64,000 bases of DNA from Pontiella sp. GTDB lineage: Bacteria; Verrucomicrobiota; Kiritimatiellia; Kiritimatiellales; Pontiellaceae. Where the stretch lies: contig JBNKHE010000001.1 in NCBI GenBank assembly GCA_050290185.1, positions 386,713 to 450,712 of the forward strand. Direction: 5' to 3'. Below the pieces are notes generated by a model that worked only from the letters and a program-made list of their open reading frames with translations, had not been told where the DNA came from and did not search any database. How positions within the stretch are numbered: position 1 is the first letter of the stretch; every line of letters starts with the position of its first letter. Positions 40,242 to 51,656 of the stretch are shown here, piece after piece. A program made the translations under genes and the position numbers.

Positions 40242-41276
40242 TCCTCCTATATAGAACATTTCGATTTTGTGCTTCGATTCCTTCTTCGTGTTTTCGCCCC
40301 AGCGCAACTGGCTGTATTGATCGTGCCGCTGCTCCCAGACGGAGCGGATCGCATCGTGCAGATCGTCATCCGATGTGCCGTTGCGGACGAGTGCGCGCAG
40401 GTCGGTGCCTTCGGTGGCGAAGAGACAGGTGTAGAGCTTGCCGTCGGCCGAGAGCCGGCTGCGGTTGCACGAGCGGCAGAAGGGCTGGCTGATGGAGGAT
40501 ACGAATCCAATCTCGCCGGAGCCATCGGCGAAGCGGTAGCGGTCGGCGACTTCGCCGGGATAGTTTTTTCCGATCGGCTCGATTTTCCAATGCGCGAAAA
40601 CATGGCCGATCAGCTCGGCGGTCGGCACTACCTGGTCGCGCTGCCAATGGTTGACGTTGCCGACATCCATGTATTCGATGAAGCGCACCGTGACACCCGA
40701 GCCCTTGAACTGTTGCAGAATCGGGACCACTTCGCCGAGGTTGATATCGCGCCGGACGACGGTGTTGATCTTGATATCCTCGAAGCCGACAGACTGCGCC
40801 GCAGCGATGCCTTCAAGCACCTGTTCCGGGAAATTGATGCCGCCATTCATTTGGCGGAAGATGGTTTCGTCGAGTGCGTCCAGACTGACGGTCACGCGGT
40901 CGAGGCCGGCGGCCTTCAGGGCGGCGGCGAAGCGGGGAAGCAGGACGCCGTTGGTCGTCATGGCGATATCCCGGATCCCCGGGATTTCGCGCAGATCCCT
41001 GACCAGCTCGGACAGATGGGTGCGCAACAGCGGCTCGCCGCCGGTGAGGCGGATCTTTTCCACGCCGAGGAGGGTAAACTGCCGGACGAGCCGGAGCATT
41101 TCCTCGAACGACAACCGCTCATCATGCGCCAGCCACGGGAAATCGGGACCGACTTCCTCCGCCGGCATGCAATAGGTGCAGCGGAAGTTGCAGCGGTCGA
41201 TCACCGACAAGCGTAAGTCCCGCATGGGGCGCTTAAGCTTGTCGACCGGCATTTCTATGTTCTTTGGGTTTGTCAT
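40239..41276 (-). CDS. moaA: GTP 3',8-cyclase (radical SAM)
   Basis: DRCNFRCTYCMP, LTGGEPLLR, RFIEYMDVG, FCRSCNRSRLSADGKLYTCLF, C-terminal IGG. Confidence 0.96.
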   Translation of the reverse strand: MTNPKNIEMPVDKLKRPMRDLRLSVIDRCNFRCTYCMPAEEVGPDFPWLAHDERLSFEEMLRLVRQFTLLGVEKIRLTGGEPLLRTHLSELVRDLREIPGIRDIAMTTNGVLLPRFAAALKAAGLDRVTVSLDALDETIFRQMNGGINFPEQVLEGIAAAQSVGFEDIKINTVVRRDINLGEVVPILQQFKGSGVTVRFIEYMDVGNVNHWQRDQVVPTAELIGHVFAHWKIEPIGKNYPGEVADRYRFADGSGEIGFVSSISQPFCRSCNRSRLSADGKLYTCLFATEGTDLRALVRNGTSDDDLHDAIRSVWEQRHDQYSQLRWGENTKKESKHKIEMFYIGG

Positions 41277-41629
41277 TTTTTCGAAGAATAACAGCAGTAC
41301 TACTGTTGTGCGGATAAAAAAGATTGCGCATCACACGCGTGAAAATCAAATACATCATCTCGTTGGGTCATTTTTCCATGCAAAACCAGTGCATGGAGTA
41401 TGCCACCGCCTCGCAATCACCCCAGATCTGCCGAAACCCTCCATACCGCAGGCGAAAAGAAGCGAAAAGCGGAAAGCCAACAAATACATGACAACACCGA
41501 TTACAATGTACACATTTGTATCATATTGCCATTTTACAACATAATTGGAATTCAATTCAGTTCGCCCGTGCAACGGAAAATCGCTGATTCGCCCTGTGTT
41601 TATTGCGTCCCCGGATAGTGCACGCTGCG

Positions 41630-41645
41630 TGGCACATGTCGTGCA
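41630..41645 (+). promoter_or_regulatory. Sigma54 promoter (narK)
   Basis: TGGCAC-ATGTC-GTGCA, with GG and GC 12 bp apart. Confidence 0.75.
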
Positions 41646-41723
41646 ATGGAGCGCAACCATAAACCCCGTTTTGATGGGATCCGTCGGGGAGACCGCAAGA
41701 TATAACCTGTGAGGAGATAAATC

Positions 41724-43196
41724 ATGGCATCAGCCAATCTAAATCCGCTGGATTTCAAAAATCCGGCCATACGAACCCTGCATCTGTCGTGGGTTGCATT
41801 TTTCCTGACCTTTGTAGTGTGGTTCAGCCACGCTCCGCTCATGGGAGCCATCAAAGAGGCGTTCGGCCTGTCCGGTCAACAGGTCAAAGCCCTCCTGATC
41901 CTGAACGTTGCCCTGACCATTCCAGCCCGCATTGTGATTGGCATCCTGGTCGACAAGTTCGGGCCGCGGCATGTATTCAGCGGACTACTGATTGTCTCGT
42001 CCTTCATCTGCTTTGGCTTTGCCTCGGCGCAGTCGTTCGAACAGCTGGCCTTGTTCCGCTTCCTGCTCGGCTTCGTGGGCGCCGGCTTTGTGATCGGCAT
42101 CCGTCTGGTCGGCGAATGGTTTCCGGCCAAACAGGTTGGGATGGCCGAAGGCATCTATGGCGGCTGGGGCAACTTCGGTTCGGCGGCGGCAGCCATGACC
42201 CTGCCCTCGCTGGCGTTGATCTACGGCGGTGAAAACGGCTGGCGTTACGCCATCGCCACGACCGGCGTAGTCACCCTGCTCTACGGGGTCGTTTTCTACC
42301 TGCGCGCCCGCAACACCCCCAAAGGCTCCACCTACTTCAAACCGAAAAAGTCCGGCGGACTGGAAGTCTCCTGCAAGAAAGATTTTTATTTCTATCTGAC
42401 CATGAACATCCCGATGTATCTGGCGCTTGCATTGCTGACCTGGAAGCTCACCTCGGCCAAGATCGCCCTGCTCTCACCGGCCGTCGGGATTGTATTATAC
42501 ATCAGCTTCGTGATTCTGTTCATCGTTCAGACGTTCAAGATCCGTCATGTAAACAGTCATCTATTTGAAAAAGAGCAGACCGCCGGACTGCTCAACTACA
42601 AATTCAAGCAGGTTGCGATTCTCGACCTTGCCTACCTCGTCACCTTCGGCTCCGAGCTGGCGGTGGTCTCCATGCTTCCGCTCTTCTTCATGGAGGTATT
42701 CAAGCTGGGAGCCGTGGAGGCCGGCCTGCTGGCATCCGGCTTTGCCTTTATGAATCTGGTTGCCCGCCCCGGCGGCGGATGGATTTCCGACAAGCTCGGC
42801 CGTCGCAAAACCCTCATGGTGCTGATTGCCGGACTAGCCTGCGGATATTTCGTTCTGGGACAGGTGGGCGCGAGCTGGCCGGTGCAGCTGGCCGTGGTAG
42901 CCACCATGTGCTGTTCATTCTTCGTCCAGGCCGGCGAAGGCGCCGTCTTCGCCATGGTGCCGCTCGTCCAGCGCCGCATGACCGGACAGATTGCCGGCAT
43001 GGTCGGGGCCTATGGCAATGTCGGCGCCGTCATCTTCCTGACCGTGCTCTCCTTCGTTGACTACTCGACCTTCTTCATCGTGATCGGCTCCTGCTCGCTA
43101 CTGACCCTGCTCAGCACGGCGTTCATCACCGAACCGGCCGGGCACGTCTCCGAAGTTGACGAAAGCGGGAATATCCAGCTGATCGAGGTGGCATAG
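41724..43196 (+). CDS. narK: NarK/NasA-family nitrate/nitrite MFS transporter
   Basis: [47 protein letters not shown]. Confidence 0.92.
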   Translation: MASANLNPLDFKNPAIRTLHLSWVAFFLTFVVWFSHAPLMGAIKEAFGLSGQQVKALLILNVALTIPARIVIGILVDKFGPRHVFSGLLIVSSFICFGFASAQSFEQLALFRFLLGFVGAGFVIGIRLVGEWFPAKQVGMAEGIYGGWGNFGSAAAAMTLPSLALIYGGENGWRYAIATTGVVTLLYGVVFYLRARNTPKGSTYFKPKKSGGLEVSCKKDFYFYLTMNIPMYLALALLTWKLTSAKIALLSPAVGIVLYISFVILFIVQTFKIRHVNSHLFEKEQTAGLLNYKFKQVAILDLAYLVTFGSELAVVSMLPLFFMEVFKLGAVEAGLLASGFAFMNLVARPGGGWISDKLGRRKTLMVLIAGLACGYFVLGQVGASWPVQLAVVATMCCSFFVQAGEGAVFAMVPLVQRRMTGQIAGMVGAYGNVGAVIFLTVLSFVDYSTFFIVIGSCSLLTLLSTAFITEPAGHVSEVDESGNIQLIEVA

Positions 43197-43312
43197 CGTG
43201 ACGAGTGATGCGTGAGACGTGCGGCGTGAGAGTAAAACGTAAACCTTGCGCCTGAACATGAATACCATCAGAATACGGAAAATCACGAATCACTCATCAA
43301 TCGTCATTCACC
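43197..43312. repeat. Inverted heptamer-repeat element
   Basis: GTGACGA GTGATGC GTGAGAC GTGCGGC GTGAGA ... TCACGAA TCACTCA TCAATCG TCATTCA. Confidence 0.55.
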
Positions 43313-45046
43313 ATGTTCCATCTTGACGGAAAAATTAAAATCGCGTCCGGGCAGGCCAGCCGGTCCGGACGGAAGGCATCGAATGAGGATTCGATCGTCG
43401 TCCACGTCCCCGACGACCACCACCTCATGACCCACAAGGGCATCGTGGCGGTCATCGCCGACGGGGTCAGCAGTGCGGACGCAGGCAAGGAAGCGGCGAA
43501 TCTGTGCACCACCCGGTTTGCGGAGGACTACTATGCCAGCCCCGATGTATGGACCACGAAGCACTCTGCACAAAACGTGCTCACCACGCTCAACCGCGAT
43601 CTCTACAACCGGGGCAAGGTCTACCTCAACGCGGAAAAGGGCTATCTGTGCACCCTGAGCATTCTGATCCTGAAATCGCATACCGCGCACCTGTTCCATA
43701 TTGGCGACACCCGTATCTATCGCCTGCGCGCCGGAAAGCTCGATCCGCTGACCACCGATCACAGCGTTCGCGTCAGCGAACAGCAATGCTATCTTGCCCG
43801 TGCCATGGGGCTCGACAACCAGGCGCGCATCGACTACTCGACCGCGGATGTACAGGATGATGACATCTTCCTGTTGACCTCCGACGGCATCCACGACCAT
43901 GTCGACAAAACCCGGGTCGCCACCCTGATCGAGTCCAACCGCGGAGACCTCCAGCACGGATGCGACATGCTCGTGCAGGAAGCCTACGACATGAACAGCA
44001 AGGACAACCTGAGCTGTATTGCGATCAGAATCCTGGCCTTGCCGGAAAATGCGCGTGACGAGGTTGACCAGCGCCTGACACAACTGCCCTTCCCTCCTCC
44101 ACTGAAAACCGGCGACCGGATTGATGGCTACCGGGTGCTCGAAGAACTCCATGCCACCAGCCGCAGCCAGGTCTACCGGGTCGAGGACGAGGACAACGGC
44201 CGGCACTATGCCATGAAAACGCCGTCACCCAACTACGAGGACGATGACGCCTACATCGAGCGGTTCGTGATGGAGAGCTGGATCGGAACCCGCATCGACT
44301 GCCCCAACGTCGCCCGGGTGATCGATCAGCAGCGCCCGCGCAGCAGCCTGTACTACCTCAGCGAATACGTCGGCGGCATTCCGCTGTCGCTATGGGAGGA
44401 ACAAAACCACCATCCCCAGATGCAGGCCGTTCGCGAGATTGCCGTACAGCTGGTGAAGGGATTGCGCGCCTTCCATCGCAAGGAAATCCTCCATCAGGAT
44501 CTTAAGCCTGACAATATCCTGATCGACGCCCACGGACGGGTAAAGATCGTCGACTTCGGCTCCTGCCGTGTGGCAGGCTTCGAGGAAATATGCGGCCCTA
44601 TCGAACGCGACCTGATCCTCGGAACCGTCGATTATGCCGCGCCGGAATACCAGCTGCGCCTGCCCTCCGGGACCTGGTCGGACCTGTTCAGTCTGGGATG
44701 CATCCTCTATTTCCTGCTGACCGGTGAACATCCCTACGGACCTAAATTTTCCAAATGCCGCAAACTCTCCGAGTTCGCCCAGCTCCAGTACCGTCCGGCC
44801 TACCACTTCAACCCGGATGTGCCTATCTGGGTCGATGGAGCATTGGAGAAAGCGGTGAAGGTGAATACCGAGGAACGTTACGAAGCGCACTCCAAGTTCA
44901 TGGCGGACCTGAACAAGCCCAACCCCGAATTTTCAGATCGCACACGCACTCCCATCATGGAGCGAAACCCCGTGCTCTTCTGGAAGATCGTATCGGGCCT
45001 GCTGGCCCTGATGGTGGGTGTCCTGCTCCTTATTCTGGCGCACTAG
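43313..45046 (+). CDS. Bifunctional PP2C phosphatase / Ser-Thr kinase with C-terminal TM anchor
   Basis: NED, IADGVS, HIGDTR, LTSDGI, DNLS (PP2C); HQDLKPDN, DFG, APE (kinase). Confidence 0.9.
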   Translation: MFHLDGKIKIASGQASRSGRKASNEDSIVVHVPDDHHLMTHKGIVAVIADGVSSADAGKEAANLCTTRFAEDYYASPDVWTTKHSAQNVLTTLNRDLYNRGKVYLNAEKGYLCTLSILILKSHTAHLFHIGDTRIYRLRAGKLDPLTTDHSVRVSEQQCYLARAMGLDNQARIDYSTADVQDDDIFLLTSDGIHDHVDKTRVATLIESNRGDLQHGCDMLVQEAYDMNSKDNLSCIAIRILALPENARDEVDQRLTQLPFPPPLKTGDRIDGYRVLEELHATSRSQVYRVEDEDNGRHYAMKTPSPNYEDDDAYIERFVMESWIGTRIDCPNVARVIDQQRPRSSLYYLSEYVGGIPLSLWEEQNHHPQMQAVREIAVQLVKGLRAFHRKEILHQDLKPDNILIDAHGRVKIVDFGSCRVAGFEEICGPIERDLILGTVDYAAPEYQLRLPSGTWSDLFSLGCILYFLLTGEHPYGPKFSKCRKLSEFAQLQYRPAYHFNPDVPIWVDGALEKAVKVNTEERYEAHSKFMADLNKPNPEFSDRTRTPIMERNPVLFWKIVSGLLALMVGVLLLILAH

Positions 45047-45121
45047 CACAACCGGGGATTTTACGCCTGTCCGTGACTGGCCCCAGGCGGCCCGGGAACA
45101 TCCCCCTGCCGGTTTCACCCA

Positions 45122-47200
45122 TCATCGCTTTTCCAGCAGGACGGCCCCGCTCTTGTAGGTGGGCTGGAAGGATTCCGGATCAAACGAAGGCAACGTCAAC
45201 CGATTGGTGTCTTCATAGTGCATCGGCAGGAAAACATGGCACCTGGCCATGCCATCCTCAAGAACAGCGATCGCCGGGATCTCCCCGCGCTTCGAACAGA
45301 CGGAAACGGTGTCGCCCTGCTGGATACCGAGTTCGGCGGCATCCAGCGGATTGATTTCCACATACAGTTCTTCGGGCGCCATGCGCCGCAACTTCTCCAC
45401 CTTGCCCGTTCGGCTAAGCGTATGCCATTGCGCCACCGAACCGCGCCCGGTGATGAGCCAAAACGGATAGTCGGCAGAACACTGCTCTTCCGGCTCAGTA
45501 GGTTCGGTGCAGACGAAACGCGCTTTGCCGTCCTGATGAAAAAACCGATGATCGCCAAACAACCGCCGATGGTTGTCTTCCAGGATCGCCCCGGCGGGAA
45601 ACGGCCACTGAATCCCGCCGGCCTGCTCAAGATGCCCATAGCCTTCTATCCCGGTGATATCGCAAGGTTGCCCGGCAGAAATTTTCTGTAGCAACCGGAA
45701 TACGCTTTCCGGATTCTGCCACTCGTCGATCCATTGCCCGCACCCCCATACCTTGGCAATACGCAGGAAGATATCGAAATCCGGCAGGGCCTGTCCCGGC
45801 GGCTCGCACACCTTCCGCACCACGCCGATTCTGCGTTCGGAGTTAATGAAAGTGCCCTCCTTCTCGCTCGAGGCGGCCGCCGGCAGGTACAGATCGGCCA
45901 TCCGGGCCGTCGCCGTGTCGGGATAAATATCCTGCACCACCAGAAAATCCAGCTCCTTGACGATCTCCTCAAATTCGTTCAAGTCGATCCACGTATGGGC
46001 CGGATTGGTGCCTACGATCCACAGCCCCTTGATCACCCCGTTCCGAACCTGTTCGAGGATCTTGTGGTAGGGCAGACTGGACTGGCCGGAAATGCGGCTG
46101 TCGTTGATGTTAAGGAGTGCCGCCACTTTTCGGCGGTGCCGGCGGTCCTCGAAGTCATGCCCGCCGAAGAGATTGGTGGTGTTTGCAAAAAGGCGCGAGC
46201 CCATCGCATTGCACTGCCCGGTGATGGAATTCGCACCGGTTCCCGGTTTGCCTATGTTTCCGGTCATAAGCGCAAGGTTGATGATGGCCTCGGAGGTCTT
46301 TACCCCCTGATGGCTCTGGTTCACCCCCATGGACCACCAGAACGATACACGCTTTCCTTCATGTATGAGCTGTGCAAATTCCTCGATCTGCTCAACCGTC
46401 AGGCCGCATTGATCCGCAACGTGCTTCACGGGGTATTCCGCCACATGGGCGCGGTAGACCGGAAACCCGACGGTATGCCGTTCAATGAAATCGGGATCAA
46501 TCCATCCCCGCTCAATCAAGATATTGGACACCGCGTACAGGAACAGTAAATCGGTCTTGGGTTGCAGCGCAATGTGATGGGACGCCGCCTGGGCTGTTTT
46601 GGTCCTGCGCGGATCGACCACGATCACCTTCGGCTTTTTGCGATTGCTTCGAATCCGGCTCCAAAGAAGAGGATGGGCGACAATGGGATTTGCCCCGATA
46701 AACACAACGACATCCGATTCTTCCAGATCGTTGCAGGCGTAGGGCGGTGCATCGAAACCAAACGCCTGCTTGTAGGCCACCGAGGCCGAAGCCATGCACT
46801 GTCGCGTGTTCCCGTCGCCATGCACCATCCCCATGCCGAACTTGGCCACGGCACCCAGCAGCGCCATCTCCTCGGTGGTGATCTGTCCTGTACTGAGAAA
46901 GGCGACGCTCTCCGGCCCCCATTCCGCCATGATCTCCTTCATGCGGGAAGAAAATACCTCGACGGCTTCATCCCATTCCACCGGTTTGAATCCTTTTTCA
47001 GTCCTGAGCAGGGGTTGCGTACCCCGGTCATCCGACAAAAGCGGTTCGATCAGGTTGAGTCCCTTGTCACAGGCCTTCCCGAGATTGACCGGATAATCGG
47101 ACTTGCCCTGAATCTGGATCGCTCCATCCTTCCGGGAAACCTCAAGGGCGCACCCGATCGAGCAATAGCTGCAGATTGTTGTTTTTGGATCTTTAGACAT
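45122..47200 (-). CDS. Assimilatory nitrate reductase-type Mo-bisPGD catalytic subunit (no Tat signal, no C-terminal BFD domain)
   Basis: CSYCSIGC..CDKG [4Fe-4S]; NTRQCMASA (Cys Mo ligand); GQCNAMG; EKEGTFINSERR; GR...QWHT. Confidence 0.85.
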   Translation of the reverse strand: MSKDPKTTICSYCSIGCALEVSRKDGAIQIQGKSDYPVNLGKACDKGLNLIEPLLSDDRGTQPLLRTEKGFKPVEWDEAVEVFSSRMKEIMAEWGPESVAFLSTGQITTEEMALLGAVAKFGMGMVHGDGNTRQCMASASVAYKQAFGFDAPPYACNDLEESDVVVFIGANPIVAHPLLWSRIRSNRKKPKVIVVDPRRTKTAQAASHHIALQPKTDLLFLYAVSNILIERGWIDPDFIERHTVGFPVYRAHVAEYPVKHVADQCGLTVEQIEEFAQLIHEGKRVSFWWSMGVNQSHQGVKTSEAIINLALMTGNIGKPGTGANSITGQCNAMGSRLFANTTNLFGGHDFEDRRHRRKVAALLNINDSRISGQSSLPYHKILEQVRNGVIKGLWIVGTNPAHTWIDLNEFEEIVKELDFLVVQDIYPDTATARMADLYLPAAASSEKEGTFINSERRIGVVRKVCEPPGQALPDFDIFLRIAKVWGCGQWIDEWQNPESVFRLLQKISAGQPCDITGIEGYGHLEQAGGIQWPFPAGAILEDNHRRLFGDHRFFHQDGKARFVCTEPTEPEEQCSADYPFWLITGRGSVAQWHTLSRTGKVEKLRRMAPEELYVEINPLDAAELGIQQGDTVSVCSKRGEIPAIAVLEDGMARCHVFLPMHYEDTNRLTLPSFDPESFQPTYKSGAVLLEKR

Positions 47201-47231
47201 GGCGGTTCCGCTTTGATTCGCACGCCTAATG

Positions 47232-47247
47232 AGCATCGAGTGTGCCA
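47232..47247 (-). promoter_or_regulatory. Sigma54 promoter (first Mo enzyme)
   Basis: The reverse strand reads TGGCAC-ACTCG-ATGCT. Confidence 0.7.
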
Positions 47248-47788
47248 TCGACCGGTTCCCCAACCGCAAATTGTGCCCCGTACCGTATTCACAAGGAGAT
47301 AGAGAAGTAGATACAAGGCTTTGCTAACCCTTAGTATATGATCATCTACATCATATTTGTTTGTAAAACACCCTCTCGACCACAATTATGTAAAATAGAA
47401 ACCCAGGCAGCAAACCCTGTAAACCGAGGTTTGGCTTAGCAAATTTTCAGCGGCTAGACACCGAGGGAGCATAGCTTTCGAACTCGAAATCGATTCCGTT
47501 CAAGATCGAACACAGCTCGGCCAAGTGTCCTGCATTTTTTCTTTTCGAGATTTTTTTCCGCAATCGCCTTAGCTCAATAGCATTGCCGCAACCACCGCTT
47601 CACATGGGAAACATAGATGTATTTTTCTTGATTCAAAATTCTATTGATTACATTTTTGAACATGTGATTTTTATGTATATCTAATCTCATTATTAATACA
47701 TTTTTGTGTATATATTTTCCATTTTACACAATATCCGTTTTGCCCCTATCTCTCTCTGCTTTTGCTACTTACAGATATTTAAACACGG

Positions 47789-47804
47789 TGGCACAGCATT
47801 TGCA
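47789..47804 (+). promoter_or_regulatory. Sigma54 promoter (nrt operon)
   Basis: TGGCAC-AGCAT-TTGCA, a full consensus match. Confidence 0.85.
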
Positions 47805-47875
47805 AATAGGCTCCCAGTAATTCGCGACTATTCCGGTCACGTTATAAATGTTTTAATAAACCCAAACAAAGGAAC

Positions 47876-49246
47876 ATGATGAAAGCTACCAAAAGAACCA
47901 TCCTGAAATCAGGTCTGGCTGCCGCCCTGATTGGCGCCATCCCCGCATTTGGTGCCGTTGACGACAACACCATTCCGTTGGATGTCGAAAAGCCCAATTT
48001 GCATTTCGGCTTCATCAAGCTGACCGACTGCGCTCCGCTGGTGATCGCCAAAGAAAAGGGATTCTTCGAGGCCGAAGGCTTGAACGTCCAGCTGACCGCC
48101 CAGAAGAACTGGGTAATCCTGCTCGACAACGTGATCAAGGGATCGCTTGACGGCGCGCACATGCTGGCCGGACAACCGATCGGAGCCACGGTAGGCGTCA
48201 GCCAGAAGGCCGATATCATCACCGCCTACAGTCTCGACCTCAATGGCAACGGTATCACACTAGCCACCGACATCTGGGAACAGATGAAGAAAAACGTTCC
48301 GGTGGACGCAGACGGCAAGCCGGTCCACCCCATTAGTGCCAGCGCCTTGAAGCCGGTTATCGACAACTGGGAGGGCGACTTCAACCTCGGTATGGTTTTC
48401 CCGGTATCAACCCACAACTATGAAATCCGCTACTGGCTGGCCGCCGGCGGCATCAAGCCCGGCTTCTACACCGAAGCAGATTCCCAGGGCCATACCGGCG
48501 GTGACGTAATCATCTCGCCCAATGCCCCGCCACTGATGCCTTCGTACCTTAACTCGCGCGCCATTCTCGGCTACTGCGTGGGGGAACCCTGGAACCAGAA
48601 GGCCGTATTTGCCGACAAGGAAGGCAAACAGCTCGGCGTTCCCGTGATTACCAACTACGAGATCTGGAAAAACAACCCCGAAAAGGTCTTCGGCGTAACC
48701 AAAGAATGGGCTGAAAAATATCCGCAGACCCACCTGGCCGTACTCAAGGCGCTGATCAGGGCCGGCAAGTGGCTGGATGAATCGATCGAAAACCGCGAGG
48801 AAGCCGTCCAGATCCTGTCCCGCTCGAACTATGTCGGCGCCGAGCCGGAAGTCCTGCGCAACTCGATGACCGGCTCGTTCGTTTACGAGCGCGGTGACCG
48901 GCGCGACATGCCCGACTTCAATGTCTTCTTCCGCTACTACGCGTCCTATCCCTACTACAGCGACTGTGTCTGGTTCCTGACGCAGATGCGCCGCTGGGGC
49001 CAGCTCCGGGATGATAAGCCGGACAGCTGGTACCTCGAAACCGCCAAGGACATCTACCGTCCCGAGCTCTATATGGAAGCCGCACAGCTGCTGATCGAGG
49101 AAGGCAATCTGGCGGAATCCGACATCCCGACCGGCACCGATGGCTTCCGGGCCCCGACCGGCAAGGGCGACTTCATCGACGACAAGGTGTACGACGGCCA
49201 CAAGCCGAACGACTACATCAAGAGCTTCACCATCAGGGCTGAATAA
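47876..49246 (+). CDS. nrtA: NrtA/CmpA-family nitrate ABC substrate-binding protein
   Basis: Signal peptide; [48 protein letters not shown]. Confidence 0.92.
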   Translation: MMKATKRTILKSGLAAALIGAIPAFGAVDDNTIPLDVEKPNLHFGFIKLTDCAPLVIAKEKGFFEAEGLNVQLTAQKNWVILLDNVIKGSLDGAHMLAGQPIGATVGVSQKADIITAYSLDLNGNGITLATDIWEQMKKNVPVDADGKPVHPISASALKPVIDNWEGDFNLGMVFPVSTHNYEIRYWLAAGGIKPGFYTEADSQGHTGGDVIISPNAPPLMPSYLNSRAILGYCVGEPWNQKAVFADKEGKQLGVPVITNYEIWKNNPEKVFGVTKEWAEKYPQTHLAVLKALIRAGKWLDESIENREEAVQILSRSNYVGAEPEVLRNSMTGSFVYERGDRRDMPDFNVFFRYYASYPYYSDCVWFLTQMRRWGQLRDDKPDSWYLETAKDIYRPELYMEAAQLLIEEGNLAESDIPTGTDGFRAPTGKGDFIDDKVYDGHKPNDYIKSFTIRAE

Positions 49247-49263
49247 TCTCTCCCCGACCCATG

Positions 49264-49307
49264 CCGGGCCAATCCCGCTTCTCTCTCCTCCGGCGGGATT
49301 GGCCCGG
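49264..49307 (+). other. Strong GC stem-loop after nrtA (probable mRNA-stabilising hairpin)
   Basis: CCGGGCCAATCCCGC ... GCGGGATTGGCCCGG (15-bp perfect stem) with no U-tract. Confidence 0.6.
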
Positions 49308-49324
49308 TGAATAAAAAATAGAGG

Positions 49325-50719
49325 ATGCAACACACCATGCAGAAATTACTCAACTTTTCTGAAAAGACCGGTCTCACCCTGCTGATTCCGATCATTAAAA
49401 TGATCATGAAGGACGAGCCTGAAAAACAGCTCGGCGAGCTGCTCAAGCTGTTACTGCTGCCGATCGTTGGACTCGCCATTTTCTTCGGACTCTGGGGCTT
49501 TGCCTCCACCAGGATCAGCACCAGCGTCGGAGCCCTGCCTTCCCCGGCCTACGTCTGGAGCCAGGCCAAGGCCATGGTGGGCGACGCCCGGGCCGAAAAG
49601 GTGAACAAGAAGGAGTTCGAACGTTACGAGAATGCACGCGCCACCCTATCCGGCCTATTCGAAAAACGCCGCGAACTGGAAGCTGCCGGTGCATCGGCGG
49701 CCACGCTCAAGAAACTCGACGACAAGCGGGCTGACTTCACAAACGATCTTCAGGCGTATGTAGACAAGCTTGGCACCCGCATCGAAACTCTGACCACCCA
49801 GGTGGCGGATGCAGACAAGGCCGCCGAGGAGGCCGGCATTACCGACCGCCGCATCGCCCCCTACAAAACCACCGTCATCCGGGTCTACAAGGACAGCCAC
49901 CATTCACTCGCCAGCCTGCTCAGCAAGAACAAGAAAATATCCGACTGCATTGCCGGCATGGAAACCGCCACCGAAGCCAAGGCGGCAACCCTGGAGAAGC
50001 GGCGCCATGCCTATGAAACCCAGCTCAGCAAACCGCTCGACTACAGCGGAAACGGTTCGATTCTCGACTATGTCAAGCGCAGCATCATTACCGTCATCTT
50101 CGGATTCTTCCTCGCGGCCGTCGTAGCCATCCCGCTCGGCATCCTCTGCGGGCTCAGCAAAAACTTCATGACAGCCGTCAACCCGCTCATCCAGATTTTC
50201 CGGCCCGTATCGCCGCTGGCCTGGGTACTCATCACGATTCAGATCGTCGATGGCATTTTTGTGGGCGACAAGGCCCTCAACGGGGAATTGATCAACAATC
50301 CGTTCCTGCATTCCGCCATCACCGTCGCGCTCTGTTCGCTGTGGGCCACCTTGAGCAACACCGCCCTGGGCGTATCGTCGGTCAGTACGGATTACATGAA
50401 CGTTGCAAAGGTGCTTAAGCTCAGCTGGATTGACCGCATCACCAAAATTGTAATCCCATCTGCCGTACCCTACATCTTCACCGGTCTGCGCATCACACTC
50501 GGCGTCGGCTGGATGGTGTTGATTGTCTCGGAAATGATGGCCACCTCGCGCGGGCTTGGCTGGTATATCGACCAGCAGTACCAGAACAACAAGGTCGAAT
50601 CGCTCGCCAACATTATTGTCTGCATCTTTATCATCGGGATCATCGGGGCCATCCTCGACCGGATCATGTTCATCCTGCACAAGACGGTCAGCTTCAACGA
50701 CGACGAGGTGTCAGCGTGA
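49325..50719 (+). CDS. nrtB: Nitrate ABC permease with a long hydrophilic helical insertion
   Basis: NPLIQIFRPVSPLAW, NTALGV, PYIFTGLRITLGVGWMVLIVSEM. Confidence 0.88.
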   Translation: MQHTMQKLLNFSEKTGLTLLIPIIKMIMKDEPEKQLGELLKLLLLPIVGLAIFFGLWGFASTRISTSVGALPSPAYVWSQAKAMVGDARAEKVNKKEFERYENARATLSGLFEKRRELEAAGASAATLKKLDDKRADFTNDLQAYVDKLGTRIETLTTQVADADKAAEEAGITDRRIAPYKTTVIRVYKDSHHSLASLLSKNKKISDCIAGMETATEAKAATLEKRRHAYETQLSKPLDYSGNGSILDYVKRSIITVIFGFFLAAVVAIPLGILCGLSKNFMTAVNPLIQIFRPVSPLAWVLITIQIVDGIFVGDKALNGELINNPFLHSAITVALCSLWATLSNTALGVSSVSTDYMNVAKVLKLSWIDRITKIVIPSAVPYIFTGLRITLGVGWMVLIVSEMMATSRGLGWYIDQQYQNNKVESLANIIVCIFIIGIIGAILDRIMFILHKTVSFNDDEVSA

Positions 50720-50773
50720 CGATTGAAACGTGAGGCGTGATCAATTCACGTTTCACGGATCACTTTTCACGAA
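50716..50773. repeat. Inverted heptamer-repeat element
   Basis: GTGACGA TTGAAAC GTGAGGC GTGA ... TCACGTT TCACGGA TCACTTT TCACGAA. Confidence 0.6.
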
Positions 50774-50786
50774 TAAAGGAACTTTT

Positions 50787-51656
50787 ATGAGCACAGTATT
50801 GGAAGTCAAGAACGTCAATAAGAACTTCGGCAACAACGGTCATACGGCCGAGGTGCTGCACGACATCAACCTGAGCCTCGACAAGGGTGAATTCGTAGCC
50901 ATTGTCGGCTTTTCAGGAACCGGAAAAACCACGTTGATCAACCTGCTCGGCGGCTTGGAAAAACCCACATCCGGCGAGGTGCTTTGCAAGGGCAAACCCG
51001 TCACCGGACCAGGTCCTGAACGCGGCATCATCTTTCAGAACTACTCATTGATGCCGTGGCTCACCGTGCGCGGAAATGTTGCCGTGGCGGTTCACGAAAC
51101 CCGCAAGGATCTACCCGTGGCCAAACGTAAAAAAGTGGTCGAAAAATATGTGGAAATGGTCAACCTCACCCCCGCCATCGATAAACGGCCCGGCGAACTT
51201 TCGGGTGGCATGCGTCAGCGCGTATCCGTGGCACGCGCGCTATCGATGAACCCCGAAATCCTACTGATGGACGAACCGCTCAGCGCCCTCGATGCCCTGA
51301 CCCGCGCCGTGCTGCAGGATCAGATTCTCGAAATCTGGCGAAAGGAAAAAAAGACTGTCGTGCTCATCACCAACGATGTCGATGAAGGCATCATGATGGC
51401 CGACCGCATCATTCCGCTGAACATGGGCCCGAAGGCCACGCTCGGACCTTCCTTTCCGGTGGACATCGAACGTCCGCGCAACCGCAAGACCATGAACCAT
51501 GATCCGCACTTCAAGCGCATTCGAAACGACGTGAACTTCTACCTCAACGAACAGCGCCGCAAGCACAAGGAGATCGCCGACCTGACCAGCAAGCCCGCCA
51601 CGGTCCTACCGGACATCCAGCCCGCGCACATGAACAAGGAATTTGCATGGAGATAA
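50787..51656 (+). CDS. nrtC: Nitrate ABC ATP-binding protein
   Basis: GFSGTGKT, FQNYSL.PWL, LSGGMRQR, MDEP. Confidence 0.88.
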   Translation: MSTVLEVKNVNKNFGNNGHTAEVLHDINLSLDKGEFVAIVGFSGTGKTTLINLLGGLEKPTSGEVLCKGKPVTGPGPERGIIFQNYSLMPWLTVRGNVAVAVHETRKDLPVAKRKKVVEKYVEMVNLTPAIDKRPGELSGGMRQRVSVARALSMNPEILLMDEPLSALDALTRAVLQDQILEIWRKEKKTVVLITNDVDEGIMMADRIIPLNMGPKATLGPSFPVDIERPRNRKTMNHDPHFKRIRNDVNFYLNEQRRKHKEIADLTSKPATVLPDIQPAHMNKEFAWR

